Under the pieces are notes generated by a model. It ran no database searches and had not been told where the DNA came from. It saw nothing but the letters and a program-made list of their open reading frames with translations. Made by a program: the position numbers and the translations under genes. 64,000 nt of DNA from a virus (Duplodnaviria; Caudoviricetes): positions 1 through 64,000 of the IMG/VR virus record IMGVR_UViG_3300034071_000801; one strand, written 5' to 3'. Shown here piece after piece: positions 1 to 11,029 of this stretch; the stretch's first letter is position 1, and each line of letters starts with the position of its first letter.

Positions 1-3000
1 GCTAAACTTGCAACGCTATCTGAACAAGATAGAAAGTTTGTAAAAGATCTTGATATAATTCTTCCTCATAACACTATGGATGTTGGTGGTAGACAATATG
101 TTTCTTTATCTGGAACTAGAACAGCTGATGGTAAACAACTTATTTCAAATAGACTATCTGGATATGCTACAGCATTTGTGGATATTGCTAACAATCCATT
201 TATTACTAAGGTTGTAAAAAGTGATGTTGTGGTGTCTACATTTATGTTTTTAGAATCTATTGGTGCAGGAAACACAGGAGTGATCTTTTTAAATCAACCT
301 ATTATAGAAAAGTATTTAGAATACTTAGATAACACAGGTTCTAAAAGTGTAACTAATAAAGGTAATATAGGATATATTAAAAGTTTATTTCCTACAACAG
401 GGAAAGCATTAGAAGATGTTGAGATATCTGTAGAGCAACTTCTTGACAATATAGAAAACTATGGTAAAACTGGTATGTTTGATGCTCTTAAAAATGCTGA
501 ACAACATTTAATATTAGATGAGTTTATCAAATATAAATTATTAGCAGATCAATTGTTTAGCTATACACAAGCTACAAACTATGACACAACAAGATTTGGT
601 AGTTCAGATGCTCTTCTTAAAAAAGAATGGGGAACATTCAATGCTAGTAATTTTAATCTAATATCTAATGTAAATGATGTATTAGGTAATACATTTATTG
701 GTGAACAAGCTGAACTTTTATCAAAATCATTTGGATCTTTTGGTGCAATTATGAAATCAGAACTTCCTGAAATCAAAGCATACACATTATCTACATTGAA
801 AAGATATGCTACAAGAAAATATATGTCTGCTGATGACTATGAGAAGATAGCTAACTTAATCAAAAATTCTTTCATAGATTATGTTATACAGAATAACACA
901 GTTATGACAGATATGATTAAACCTTTACTTGTAGATTCTGAAACAGCAGTGGTTGATCAATTAGAGAAAGCTAAACAAAAATATCCTTCTATACAAATAC
1001 TACAAGATCTTAGTCCTGTACTAGGAAATAGAGATGGATCTGCTAAATCTATAGAATTAAAAGCAAATGTGAAAGATGCATATAGTGAAAACTTATATGT
1101 AGGTATGATGAGAGAGTTAAGAGATGCTAGTCCAGAACTTAATGATCTTTATAATAACATTGTTAATGTAGCTATTCTACAAGGAACAACACAATCTGCT
1201 ATATCTATAAGAAACATTATTCCTGTAGAAGATTATGCAGCTAAGATAGCTCCTATTATAAATCAACTTAAAGCTAACAGTAGTCTTAAAGCTTTTGAGA
1301 ATGGAATATTTGAAAGAAACAATTTTGCAAACAAAGATGTATTCACTGAGTTTAGACCATATGTACACACTCCTCAACCTAATCCTGATACAGGAGAGTA
1401 TAATGAGAAGAGTGTTAGAATGAATCCTAATACAGGAGAAGATGAATTAATTTACTTCTTACCAAGTTTCAAAGCAATGAGAGGTGTTACACAAACATCA
1501 AGAAAATTAATTGTATTAAATGATGAGTTTAATTCATTTCAGTTATCTTCTGATTTCTTAAAGATCCCTAAAGTGGTAACTAATAAAGAGGGATTAAAAA
1601 TTAATATTACAACTGGTCTTGAGGTAACTAAAAAAGATTATGCATTGATGAAACAAAAAGGTTCACAAGATCTTTATAATGCATACTATTATAAAAAAGT
1701 GTACACTAATGAAGTGGATGAATTTAATAATCCTATTCCATTAAAAACATATAATCAAAAAATTAAAGCTTACGAATACTATTATAAACAAATCAATGTA
1801 TATGGTGATGGTAATAGAGCTGTTGAAATAAACAAAGATTTCAAACCTTCTGTTATTGATAATGGAGGTATGCCAATTCAAGAAGAATTGAAAGATGCTG
1901 ATATTGTTAATGCATTTTCTGCACAGGGTCAAGAAGAAGTTGCTCCTACATCTTTACCAACAGAAACACCTATAGAAGTTGTAACTACTCCTACACAAAA
2001 ATTGAGTGGAGAAAAAATAAATATCTACGCAGGTACAGGAGAGAATGCTGAATTAAGTAATTTTGCTGTTAGACCTTTTAAAGCTACAGATGATACACAA
2101 ATAGGTGGAGCTTATATAGATGCTACAGGTAAAGACATTACTTTCAAAACTGTTGAAGGATATTATCAAGCTAGTAAACTTATATATTCAACTTCTTCTG
2201 AGTATTGGACAGAAAAAATGGATTTAACAAATAAAGGAATAAAACTCATAGAACAATTTGCAAATGCTACTGGAGCACAAGCTAAATCTTTAGGTAGAAC
2301 TGTAAAAGGTTTAGACATTAAAGATTGGGATGATATTTCTTCTGCTGTAATGTATGATGGTTTAAAAGATTCTTTTGAACAAAATCCAGAAGCTCTTAAA
2401 AAACTTCTTAATACAGGTAATGCAGAATTAACACATACACAAGATAAAGGTAAATGGGGTAAAGAGTTTCCAAGAAGACTTATGGAAGTAAGAGAAGAAC
2501 TTAGACCTACACAAATTGCAACTAAAGAAGTGAGACCTAGATTTGAAGTGTATGGAAATGAAGTTCAATATACTGAAGATGGTTCAACTGCTCAAGAATA
2601 TAATAGTCCTGAAGAAGCTCAAGAAGGATTGAAAGAATGGTTAGCGTTAGATAATCAATCTATAACTGAAGAAGTTTCTGTAGAAGAACAAACTAATAAG
2701 CCTTCTATATTTGATTTAAGAAATGTACAAATTGGTTATACATCAGGACAAACAAAAGCATTAGAAGAAATATCTAAGTTAATTGATAGAAAAGCTGATG
2801 GTCATTATTTACTAGCTGGATATGCTGGTACAGGAAAAACAACAATAGCTGAGAACATAGCAAAATATGCTAAACAAGCAGGGAAAGCTATACTAGTTAT
2901 TGCTCCTACAAACAAAGCAGCTAAGGTGTTAAATGATAAACTAAAATCTACTGGTGTTGGATCTGTAGCTTCTACTATACATAAGACAATATATGGTGAA

Positions 3001-4236
3001 CCTAATGATCAAGGAGAGTGGGAGAAAAGTAGTGACATTAAAAACTCTGTAATCATAATAGATGAATCTTCTATGATTGAGAAATCATTAATGGCAGATT
3101 TACTAGACTCAACTAAGAATAAAAACAATGTGCTCATCTTTATGGGAGATAGTTATCAGTTACAACCTGTAGGTGAAGACTCTGGTTTATTCCAAGGTAA
3201 AGTGCAAGAAGTTAAAAATGACCAAACAGAGTTAACAGAAGTTAAACGTCAGTCTTTAGATAGTAGTATTTTAAAAGTGGCTACAGTTATTAGAAATGAT
3301 AAAAAATCATATGTTCCTACAGAATCTACAGAAGATTTTAAAGTGACAAAATCTAAAAATGAATTTGTTAGTAACTTTAAAGAAGCTGTAAAAGCTAATG
3401 AAGATGTAGCAATGATTGTTGCTACAAATAATGAAAGACTGTTGATGAATAAATTAGCAAGAAATGCTAAGTTTGGTGAAGCTTCTGAAAATGTATTAAA
3501 CCCAGGTGAAACAATTATCTCTATAGCTAACTCTTCTGATTATTCAAATTCTGAAGTGTTTAATGCAAAAGATGTAAGAGGTGAACCAACTAAATTTGAT
3601 ATAACATTTACAGATAACTTTGGAAAATCTAGTAAGTATGATGTATATTTAGCATTTGTAGTTAACAATGAAGGAGTAGAAGTACCTACACTATTCTTAC
3701 CTAATGTAGATAAACCAAGTATATATCATGCACAAATATTAAAAGCTGCTAGAGAGAGTAGTCCAGGACTATATAATGCTTTAAATAACTGGATAATGAA
3801 TACTAAGAAAGGACCAAAACTAAGTCCAGCTATATCAATTGCTACTTATGGATATGCTATTACAGCACATAAGTCACAAGGATCACAATGGAAAAAAGTA
3901 TTTGTTAATCAAAACTATGTAGCTGATTCATGGGATGCTGCAAGATGGTTCTATACAGCTATAACAAGAGCAAGTGATGAAGTGGAAGTTTTACCATCAT
4001 CATCTAATGTGCAGATATCTAATGCTGAAATAGACTCTAAATTAAATGCAATTGTACAAGAAGGTGTTGAAACATTTGATACAATAAAAGATTTTTCAAA
4101 TGATCAGAAGCAACAAATTTTAACTAACTTTGCTGCTAAACATAAAATGACAACTGCTCAAGCTAAATTATATATTGATAATGCTTTAGCTGAGAATAAA
4201 GAAGAAGTAATTAATAAACTAAAAGACTGTTACTAA
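1..4236 (+). CDS. Giant virion protein, 5'-partial; probably the C-terminal part of a crAss-like virion RNA polymerase, with NADAR and Dda/RecD-like SF1B helicase modules
   Basis: Frame is open from base 1. ISNRLSGYATAFVDIANNP resembles a crAss RNAP segment. NADAR motifs LSNF..TVEGYYQASK..AKSLGR..FEQNP..LLNTG..LMEVRE lie at ~2014-2503. Helicase motifs GYAGTGKTT, IIDESSM, GDSYQLQPV and YAITAHKSQGSQW lie at ~2740-3990. Confidence 0.65.
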   Translation, partial: AKLATLSEQDRKFVKDLDIILPHNTMDVGGRQYVSLSGTRTADGKQLISNRLSGYATAFVDIANNPFITKVVKSDVVVSTFMFLESIGAGNTGVIFLNQPIIEKYLEYLDNTGSKSVTNKGNIGYIKSLFPTTGKALEDVEISVEQLLDNIENYGKTGMFDALKNAEQHLILDEFIKYKLLADQLFSYTQATNYDTTRFGSSDALLKKEWGTFNASNFNLISNVNDVLGNTFIGEQAELLSKSFGSFGAIMKSELPEIKAYTLSTLKRYATRKYMSADDYEKIANLIKNSFIDYVIQNNTVMTDMIKPLLVDSETAVVDQLEKAKQKYPSIQILQDLSPVLGNRDGSAKSIELKANVKDAYSENLYVGMMRELRDASPELNDLYNNIVNVAILQGTTQSAISIRNIIPVEDYAAKIAPIINQLKANSSLKAFENGIFERNNFANKDVFTEFRPYVHTPQPNPDTGEYNEKSVRMNPNTGEDELIYFLPSFKAMRGVTQTSRKLIVLNDEFNSFQLSSDFLKIPKVVTNKEGLKINITTGLEVTKKDYALMKQKGSQDLYNAYYYKKVYTNEVDEFNNPIPLKTYNQKIKAYEYYYKQINVYGDGNRAVEINKDFKPSVIDNGGMPIQEELKDADIVNAFSAQGQEEVAPTSLPTETPIEVVTTPTQKLSGEKINIYAGTGENAELSNFAVRPFKATDDTQIGGAYIDATGKDITFKTVEGYYQASKLIYSTSSEYWTEKMDLTNKGIKLIEQFANATGAQAKSLGRTVKGLDIKDWDDISSAVMYDGLKDSFEQNPEALKKLLNTGNAELTHTQDKGKWGKEFPRRLMEVREELRPTQIATKEVRPRFEVYGNEVQYTEDGSTAQEYNSPEEAQEGLKEWLALDNQSITEEVSVEEQTNKPSIFDLRNVQIGYTSGQTKALEEISKLIDRKADGHYLLAGYAGTGKTTIAENIAKYAKQAGKAILVIAPTNKAAKVLNDKLKSTGVGSVASTIHKTIYGEPNDQGEWEKSSDIKNSVIIIDESSMIEKSLMADLLDSTKNKNNVLIFMGDSYQLQPVGEDSGLFQGKVQEVKNDQTELTEVKRQSLDSSILKVATVIRNDKKSYVPTESTEDFKVTKSKNEFVSNFKEAVKANEDVAMIVATNNERLLMNKLARNAKFGEASENVLNPGETIISIANSSDYSNSEVFNAKDVRGEPTKFDITFTDNFGKSSKYDVYLAFVVNNEGVEVPTLFLPNVDKPSIYHAQILKAARESSPGLYNALNNWIMNTKKGPKLSPAISIATYGYAITAHKSQGSQWKKVFVNQNYVADSWDAARWFYTAITRASDEVEVLPSSSNVQISNAEIDSKLNAIVQEGVETFDTIKDFSNDQKQQILTNFAAKHKMTTAQAKLYIDNALAENKEEVINKLKDCY

Positions 4237-7200
4237 TGGCTTGTATAAATCCAAATGATCCAATTTATAAAGAAATTTTAGCTAGAGTGGGTAATCCTAT
4301 TCTAGCTGAGATTGAATATGATAAACAAATTGCTAAAGAAACTGCTGATCAAAAAGCTTCTCCAAAACTAGTTAGTCTAATGAAAGAATTCATTAAACAA
4401 ATTGGTGTTGATTACAAAATTGTTAGCAGTGTAGTTGTTGATGGTAAAAAAGTAGATGCTAATGGTGTTGCTTTAATCATGCAAAAACTTATTCAAGTGG
4501 TAGAAGGACAAGAGGATGTTGCTCTTCCTGAAGAAGCTATGCACTTTGCTGTTGCTATCATTAAGCAAACTAATCCAGCTCTGTATCAGCAATTGTTAAA
4601 AGAAATAAATGGTAATCCTATATTAGATGAAGTGGTTGCTACATATGGTAATGATCCAGCATATCAGAAAGATGGTAAGCGTGATTATCTAAAACTTAAA
4701 GAAGAAGCAATTGCTAAAGTTTTAGTTAATAGATTAGAAAATACTATTGCTAAAAATTGGTGGGATAAGATTGTTGATTATCTTAAAGGATTATTTTTTA
4801 CTAAAAGTGGATTTGATCAAGCTTCTATGGATGTCTTATCTGGAAAGATGGCTACTGTAGAAGATATAGATGTATCTAAAGAAAGTGCATATTTCCAATT
4901 ATCTAGTGGAGAAAAAGTATTTAATGATTTGCTAAATACCTCTAATGAAATTACATTAGATGAAGGTGTTTATCAATTAGGTGATGTTAAAGCTGTACGA
5001 AGAGTATCTGATTATGTAAAAGACTTTTATGATTCAGTATTTAAAAATCCTGCTGATACAGAATTTCAAAAAACTTTAAATGAACTTAAAGGAGAAAAAG
5101 GAACTGATGGTCATGCTGATATTGAACATGCACAACTTGTATTTGTAGATCCTACTACAGGATTGCTTAGAGAAGAAAAATTAGATGATTCTAGTTATGT
5201 ATCTAAGTTAAATCCAAAGGATGCAAGAATGTACAACATGCTTAAAGATAATCTAGAAGAAAGACTTAATTCATTCCCTGAAGGAACTAGATTTATGTCT
5301 GAGGTGAGAATCTTTGATAAGAAAAGAAAAATTGCAGGTACTGTAGATTTTCTAGCTATTGAAAAAGATGGTAATGTAAATATTCTTGACTGGAAGTTCA
5401 TGGATCTTGATGCAGATAAATATGAAGATGTTCCTTGGTATAAAGTGAGAGCTTGGGATATTCAAATGAAGAAATATAAAGACATTATATCAACTAATTA
5501 TAATGTTAAGAATGAAAACTTTAAACAGACTAGAATGATTCCTATTCTAGCTAAGTATTCAAAAGCTGATTATGAAAAAGAAATTCTTCCAAGACTTATA
5601 GATGTAAAAATAGGAGATGTTGTAGTGGAGAATATTGAGGAAGACTTTCTACTTCCTGTTGGTATTACAGAAGAGAAGACAGGAAATAAAAAGATTGATT
5701 CATTAATACAAAAACTTAATTCTGTTTATAAAAAACTTTCAGAAGAAAGTGTTAGTGAGTCTGAGAAATCTACTAAAGCTGAACAATTAAATGCTTTATA
5801 CAAAGCTATTAGACATTTACAGATTAAAGGAAATGTTGTTCCATTAATCAATCAAGCTAAGATATTGAACAAACAAGTGTCAATGTTATTAAATAGATAT
5901 GCTACTGAATTTGAAGGTAAGGATCCATCAGAAGTAGACCAAGATAAAGTGAATGCTTTTGCAGGAATGATTAGAATTCATTTAGAATCATTGGCACCTT
6001 ATTTAGATCTTAAACAACTTAGATTTTTATTGAATGAAGATACAGAAGAAAACAATAAACTTAAAGATGAATTAAGAAAAACAGTAGAGAAGGTGGAAGA
6101 TTATATTTCTGATCTAGAAGATTTAGATGAAACCTTCGGAGAAAAGTTTAATAGTACTAGCTCAACACCTGAAAAAGTGGTGAAAGGAATTACTAAATGG
6201 TTTTCTAGTGTTGCTACAATCCAAGTGGCAAATATTCAATCTTTATATAAATTAGCAAACAAAGCATTCTTTTTATCCAATCAAGAAAATTTAGAAGAAG
6301 TAAAAAAATTAAACACTTTAAAAGATAACTATGATAAATGGGCAGCTTCTAAAGGATTAAGTAAACGTGATTATTTTAATATTCTTACAAAGAAAGATAA
6401 GAATGAATTAATAGATGAGTTTGATAAAAAATTCTTCGATGATTTAAAATCTAAAATTGCTAAAAAAGATTTCAATTGGATATATGATAACATCAATAAA
6501 GATGCATATAGACAATATGTAGAAAATAAAATTGAAGAAGAGACAGATAGAATACTATCAAGACCAAGAGTTGGAACAGAAGAAGAAGTTAAAGCTAGTA
6601 TAAAAAGAGATTTAGCTAAAGTGTATAATAGATATAACCTTGAAAATAAAAATTCAAATGGTTGGTTATTATATGATGATGTTAAGAAGTTTCCAAAAAG
6701 AGATATTTGGGAATCTGCAGAATGGAAAGAACTTAATAAAACTGAGAATGCTCCAGCTAAAGCTTTTTATAATTACATTGTAGAAAGAAATGTATATTAT
6801 CAAAAAATAGAATATCTAAATGGAAAAGCTGCAAGAAAGTTTCTTCCTTGGATGAGACAAGGATTTGTAGAAGGACTTGTATTTGATGGTAAATCTAGAG
6901 GCGTAGGAGAAGCTTTTCTTAGAAATATATCTATGGATGAATCTGAAGCAGGATTTGGACAAACAGATCCTGTTACAGGAGAATTAATTAACACTATTCC
7001 TAAGTATTTTACAAAAGATCTTGGAGAAGGATATTCAACAGATCTTTTTAAAACAATGGCAATGTACAATGAGTATGCTATTAAGTTTAAAAATCTAAAA
7101 GATATTGAGGAAAGAGCTTTACAGTTATTAAGAGCTGAAAGAAATAAGAAATCTATAATGAGTTCTACATTTGGTAAATTGATTAAAGAGAATGGAGAAT

Positions 7201-8867
7201 TAAAGTTGAATCAAAAGAATGATGAGAACTCTAAACTTCTTGAGGATATGATTAAAGGAATCATTTATCAACAAAAGTTTGTAGAAAGTGAAGTGTTTGA
7301 TGCAGCTCTTGGTAAAATATCTGGATTTGGAAAAACTATTAATTCTAAATTAGGAATGAAAATATTTCCAGAAAATTTAGATGGTAGACAATTATCTCTT
7401 AATAAAGCAATTAATACATTGAACACTACGTTTCAATTAAATACATTAGGACTTAACTCTTTATCTGCTATTTCCAATTATTTTGGAGGTACCGCAAATG
7501 GTCTTATTAATGCAGGTGTATATTTTACAAAAACAGATTTTCTTAAAACACAAATGTGGTTTTTGACTAATAAAATGAAAGGAAAAGTGTTTGGAAAAGA
7601 TTCACTTGGAGAAACTCCTCAAAAAGCAATAGCTGCTCTTGATTACTTCTTACCTTTTTTAGAAAATTATAATAGAGATGCTGCTAAAAAACTTTCATTA
7701 AATAAATTAGATGAACAAGCTGTTCAAGATTTTCTAATGATTATGATGAGATCTGGAGAAGAAGCTATACAGACAGTAAACTTTTTTACATTTCTTAAAA
7801 ATGCAATAGTTGTAGATAATAAAATTGTTAATGTTAGAGAGTATTTAAAAACTACAGATGAATATAAAGCTTTTTATGCAGGAACACAAGAAGAAAGAAA
7901 AGCTAGACATGAAAAATTTGAAAAAGATGTAGAAGCATTACTTGATGAAAAAGGTGTATTACAAGTTGGTGAGATTGTAAATGGAGAATTCACTATTCCT
8001 GGTATAGATAAAAAGTCTGATTCAGTAATGGAATTTAGAAGACTTGTTCAAAGTTTCACAACTGATGCTCTTGGATCAATGAGTGAAGAGAATAGAAGAC
8101 TTGTGAATATGAATGTTTATACAGCATCTGCTATGGTGTTTAAAAACTGGATACCAAGACTTGTAGATGTACGTATTGGTAATATAAAATACAATGCTGC
8201 TTCTGATGCATACGAATGGGGAAGAATGAGAATGGTATTTGGAATGATTACAACAGATATATTAAAATCTATTAACAGTTTAAAATCTGCAATAGGTGGA
8301 GATAGTGATGTATGGTTAGGTCAAGTTAGAGAGCTATATGAAAAAAAGAAACAAGACTATTATGATAATACAGGAAAAGAGTTAGAAATGACTGAAGATG
8401 AATTCATTGCTCTTGTAAATCAAAATATGAAAAATCAAGCTGTAGATTTAATTATTTTATTATCATTAATGTCTTTATTGGCAGGATTGAAAGCATTAGC
8501 TCCAGATGATGATGAAGATCCAGTTGTAAGAAATCAATATAAGTATTTACTAAAAGCTACAGATAAATTAACAGATGAGCTTTCATATTTTTATGATCCA
8601 TCATCTCCATTCAATCTTATATCTAAAGGAGCATTTCCTTCATTGTCACTTTTAGAAAACTACTCTAAGTTTATTACAAATTTTACAAAAGAGAATTTTG
8701 GAATAATTACAGGTGATGAAGAAATGCAAGATGATGCTAAGCCAATTAAGTATTTAATGAAATCATTTCCTATATCTAGTCAAGCTTCAGGGATTCTTCC
8801 AATGTTCTATCCTGATATTGCAAAGGATCTTGGTATCAAAATGCAATCACAATATGGAATGAGATAA
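4236..8867 (+). CDS. Giant virion cargo/ejection protein with a zincin-like motif and a PD-(D/E)xK nuclease domain
   Basis: 1543 aa, coupled to the upstream gene by TAATG. EEAMHF motif; GTDGH..E..IAGTVDFL..ILDWK..Q...Y is a RecB/Cas4-like signature. Confidence 0.6.
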   Translation: MACINPNDPIYKEILARVGNPILAEIEYDKQIAKETADQKASPKLVSLMKEFIKQIGVDYKIVSSVVVDGKKVDANGVALIMQKLIQVVEGQEDVALPEEAMHFAVAIIKQTNPALYQQLLKEINGNPILDEVVATYGNDPAYQKDGKRDYLKLKEEAIAKVLVNRLENTIAKNWWDKIVDYLKGLFFTKSGFDQASMDVLSGKMATVEDIDVSKESAYFQLSSGEKVFNDLLNTSNEITLDEGVYQLGDVKAVRRVSDYVKDFYDSVFKNPADTEFQKTLNELKGEKGTDGHADIEHAQLVFVDPTTGLLREEKLDDSSYVSKLNPKDARMYNMLKDNLEERLNSFPEGTRFMSEVRIFDKKRKIAGTVDFLAIEKDGNVNILDWKFMDLDADKYEDVPWYKVRAWDIQMKKYKDIISTNYNVKNENFKQTRMIPILAKYSKADYEKEILPRLIDVKIGDVVVENIEEDFLLPVGITEEKTGNKKIDSLIQKLNSVYKKLSEESVSESEKSTKAEQLNALYKAIRHLQIKGNVVPLINQAKILNKQVSMLLNRYATEFEGKDPSEVDQDKVNAFAGMIRIHLESLAPYLDLKQLRFLLNEDTEENNKLKDELRKTVEKVEDYISDLEDLDETFGEKFNSTSSTPEKVVKGITKWFSSVATIQVANIQSLYKLANKAFFLSNQENLEEVKKLNTLKDNYDKWAASKGLSKRDYFNILTKKDKNELIDEFDKKFFDDLKSKIAKKDFNWIYDNINKDAYRQYVENKIEEETDRILSRPRVGTEEEVKASIKRDLAKVYNRYNLENKNSNGWLLYDDVKKFPKRDIWESAEWKELNKTENAPAKAFYNYIVERNVYYQKIEYLNGKAARKFLPWMRQGFVEGLVFDGKSRGVGEAFLRNISMDESEAGFGQTDPVTGELINTIPKYFTKDLGEGYSTDLFKTMAMYNEYAIKFKNLKDIEERALQLLRAERNKKSIMSSTFGKLIKENGELKLNQKNDENSKLLEDMIKGIIYQQKFVESEVFDAALGKISGFGKTINSKLGMKIFPENLDGRQLSLNKAINTLNTTFQLNTLGLNSLSAISNYFGGTANGLINAGVYFTKTDFLKTQMWFLTNKMKGKVFGKDSLGETPQKAIAALDYFLPFLENYNRDAAKKLSLNKLDEQAVQDFLMIMMRSGEEAIQTVNFFTFLKNAIVVDNKIVNVREYLKTTDEYKAFYAGTQEERKARHEKFEKDVEALLDEKGVLQVGEIVNGEFTIPGIDKKSDSVMEFRRLVQSFTTDALGSMSEENRRLVNMNVYTASAMVFKNWIPRLVDVRIGNIKYNAASDAYEWGRMRMVFGMITTDILKSINSLKSAIGGDSDVWLGQVRELYEKKKQDYYDNTGKELEMTEDEFIALVNQNMKNQAVDLIILLSLMSLLAGLKALAPDDDEDPVVRNQYKYLLKATDKLTDELSYFYDPSSPFNLISKGAFPSLSLLENYSKFITNFTKENFGIITGDEEMQDDAKPIKYLMKSFPISSQASGILPMFYPDIAKDLGIKMQSQYGMR

Positions 8868-8928
8868 TCAATAGCTATATTATACCAGATATTTAATACA
8901 CAAGCTTTTATACTAAATAATTAATAAT

Positions 8929-8936
8929 TAACTTTG
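8929..8936 (+). promoter_or_regulatory. Bacteroidota-type -7 promoter element TAACTTTG
   Basis: Matches TAnnTTTG; intergenic, about 40 nt upstream of the 8978 start. Confidence 0.5.
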
Positions 8937-8977
8937 CTTACATTAGCTAAGCTAATTCACTAAAAAACATAAACATT

Positions 8978-10582
8978 ATGCCTACATTTATTAAACCAGG
9001 ATTCTGGGAAAAAAGACAAAAAGGATATGACCATTGGTTAAACCTTGACGAATTAATTACATCATTGAGTCCAGGAGGTTCTGGTCCACTAGAATATAAT
9101 ATTAATGGTACAGGTATACAACCTGTAGTAGGTGGTAATGATGCAAGTGGTACAAACGCTACAATTGGTGGTGGTCAATGTAATACTGCCTCTTGTTATA
9201 ATTCAACAATTGGTGGTGGTAGATTGAATACTGCTTCTGGTGTTTATTCAATAATTGGTGGTGGATTTCAAAATACTGCTTCTGCTTATGATTCAACAAT
9301 TAGTGGTGGTGTTGGAAATACTGCTTCTGGTATTTATGCAACAATTGGTGGGGGTCGATACAATACTGCTTCTGCTTATGATTCAACAATTGGCGGTGGA
9401 TTTGGTGGTTATGCAAGTGGTTGTTTATCAACAATTGGAGGTGGTAGAGCCAATACTTCTTCTGGTTGTCGTTCAACAATTAGTGGCGGAGGATATAATA
9501 TTGCTTCTGGAGATGCTACATTTATTGGAGGAGGTTCTTACAATACTGCAACTTGTTCTTTTGCAACAATATCTGGAGGTGGTTTAAATACTGCTTGTAG
9601 AAATGCTTTTGTAGGAGGTGGTAGATATAATTGTGCTTCTGGATATAATTCTGTTATAGCTGGTGGTGGAGGTCAATATCTTTCAGAAGGTAACATTGCT
9701 TCTGGTAGTCGTTCAGCAATAGTAGGAGGTTCTTCCAATATTGCTTGTGGCGATGGTTCTTTTATTGGTGGTGGTCAATGTAATAGTAGTTCTAATAATT
9801 GGTCAACAATAAGTGGTGGTAAATATAATACTGCTTCTGGTTTTCGATCAACAGTTGGAGGTGGATATTTAAACCACGCTACTTATATTACTTCTACAAT
9901 TGCTGGTGGCGAAAGAAATACTGCTTCTGGTCAAGCATCTTTTATTGGCGGTGGTTATAGTCATATTGCATCTGCTGCTTTTACAACAATTAGTGGTGGA
10001 TATAATAATAATGCTTTTGGTAATTATTCCACAGTTGGAGGTGGTAAAGGCAATACTGCTTCAAATACAAATTCTACAATTGGTGGTGGTAAAGGCAATT
10101 CAACTTCTGGTTATAGTTCTACAATTGGTGGTGGTTGTAGTAATACTTCTTCTGGTATTTATTCATCAATTGGTGGTGGTTGTAGTAATACTTCTTCTGC
10201 TTATGCAACAATTGTTGCTGGTGGAAAATTAAATACTGCTTCTGGTTATGGTTCAACAGTAAGTGGTGGTTATGCCAATACTGCTTCTGCTTATGCTTCA
10301 TTTATTGGAGGTGGTCGATGTAATACTGCTTCTAATAATTACTCAATAATAGTTGGTGGTTATAATAATTTGGTTTCTGGTTATAATTCAGTAATTATAG
10401 GAGGACAATCAAGTTTAAATACTTATGATTGTGCTTTTATTGTAGGAACTGGTATAACTTCAAATAGAAGTTTTACAACATTTGTAAATAACTTATCTAT
10501 AATGAACATACCAACAAGTGGAGCTGGTCTACCTAGTGGAGCTGTTTATCTAAATGGAACGTATTTAAGTATAATACCTTAA
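8978..10582 (+). CDS. Fibre/decoration protein with 15-aa (I/V)GGGxxNxAS repeats (beta-roll/solenoid)
   Basis: Long tandem 15-residue repeat. N-terminus is shared with the 16007 gene; repeat body and C-terminus are shared with the 16993 gene. Confidence 0.7.
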   Translation: MPTFIKPGFWEKRQKGYDHWLNLDELITSLSPGGSGPLEYNINGTGIQPVVGGNDASGTNATIGGGQCNTASCYNSTIGGGRLNTASGVYSIIGGGFQNTASAYDSTISGGVGNTASGIYATIGGGRYNTASAYDSTIGGGFGGYASGCLSTIGGGRANTSSGCRSTISGGGYNIASGDATFIGGGSYNTATCSFATISGGGLNTACRNAFVGGGRYNCASGYNSVIAGGGGQYLSEGNIASGSRSAIVGGSSNIACGDGSFIGGGQCNSSSNNWSTISGGKYNTASGFRSTVGGGYLNHATYITSTIAGGERNTASGQASFIGGGYSHIASAAFTTISGGYNNNAFGNYSTVGGGKGNTASNTNSTIGGGKGNSTSGYSSTIGGGCSNTSSGIYSSIGGGCSNTSSAYATIVAGGKLNTASGYGSTVSGGYANTASAYASFIGGGRCNTASNNYSIIVGGYNNLVSGYNSVIIGGQSSLNTYDCAFIVGTGITSNRSFTTFVNNLSIMNIPTSGAGLPSGAVYLNGTYLSIIP

Positions 10583-10621
10583 TAATAATTTTTTTTTTAA
10601 CTTCAATAAATATTTATAACA

Positions 10622-10945
10622 ATGGAAAATTTTACAATTCATATCTTTGGATATGGCGAAACCCAAATTAACTCAAAAGAGTTATCAATCAAAGTATCTA
10701 CAGATACATTAACTACTGTCACTCCTTTAGTAGAGGCAATCTTTGCTAAAAAACCTGCAGAAAATCCTGCATTAATTTCTCCTTTTCATGCTATTAACCT
10801 TTTTGGTTATAAAGATGTAAGATGGGTAAATAAAGATTCGTTCACTGTAAAAGATGATGAAGATTTAAAACCTTTTATCGATGCTTTGATTGCTGAGTTA
10901 CAAGTAGCTAAAGACACAACTACTACTACTACTACATTGGTATAG
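10622..10945 (+). CDS. Hypothetical protein with C-terminal Thr7 tract
   Basis: 107-aa ORF directly after the fibre gene, ending DTTTTTTTLV. Confidence 0.7.
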   Translation: MENFTIHIFGYGETQINSKELSIKVSTDTLTTVTPLVEAIFAKKPAENPALISPFHAINLFGYKDVRWVNKDSFTVKDDEDLKPFIDALIAELQVAKDTTTTTTTLV

Positions 10946-10964
10946 TCTTTTTAGAATCATTAAG

Positions 10965-10999
10965 AAAAGGTAAGATTTTTATTAGTCTTACCTTTTTTT
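10965..10999 (+). terminator. Intrinsic terminator
   Basis: Stem AAAAGGTAAGAT/GTCTTACCTTTT followed by a T run. Confidence 0.75.
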
Positions 11000-11002
11000 G
11001 TT

Positions 11003-11010
11003 TATCTTTG
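11003..11010 (+). promoter_or_regulatory. -7 promoter element TATCTTTG for the sulfation operon
   Basis: TAnnTTTG immediately after the terminator and about 20 nt before the ATG. Confidence 0.6.
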
Positions 11011-11029
11011 TAACTAAAATCAATTAATT

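Noticed and set aside
9255-10301. Alternative-frame ORFs (9255, 9900, 10119; also 17282) rich in V/L/Q or H/Q/K
   Set aside because: Shadows of the 45-nt GGG repeat in other frames, with no independent signals.
9150-10400. Possible CRISPR array from the 45-nt periodicity
   Set aside because: Degenerate in-frame coding repeats with no constant repeat/unique spacer structure and no cas genes.
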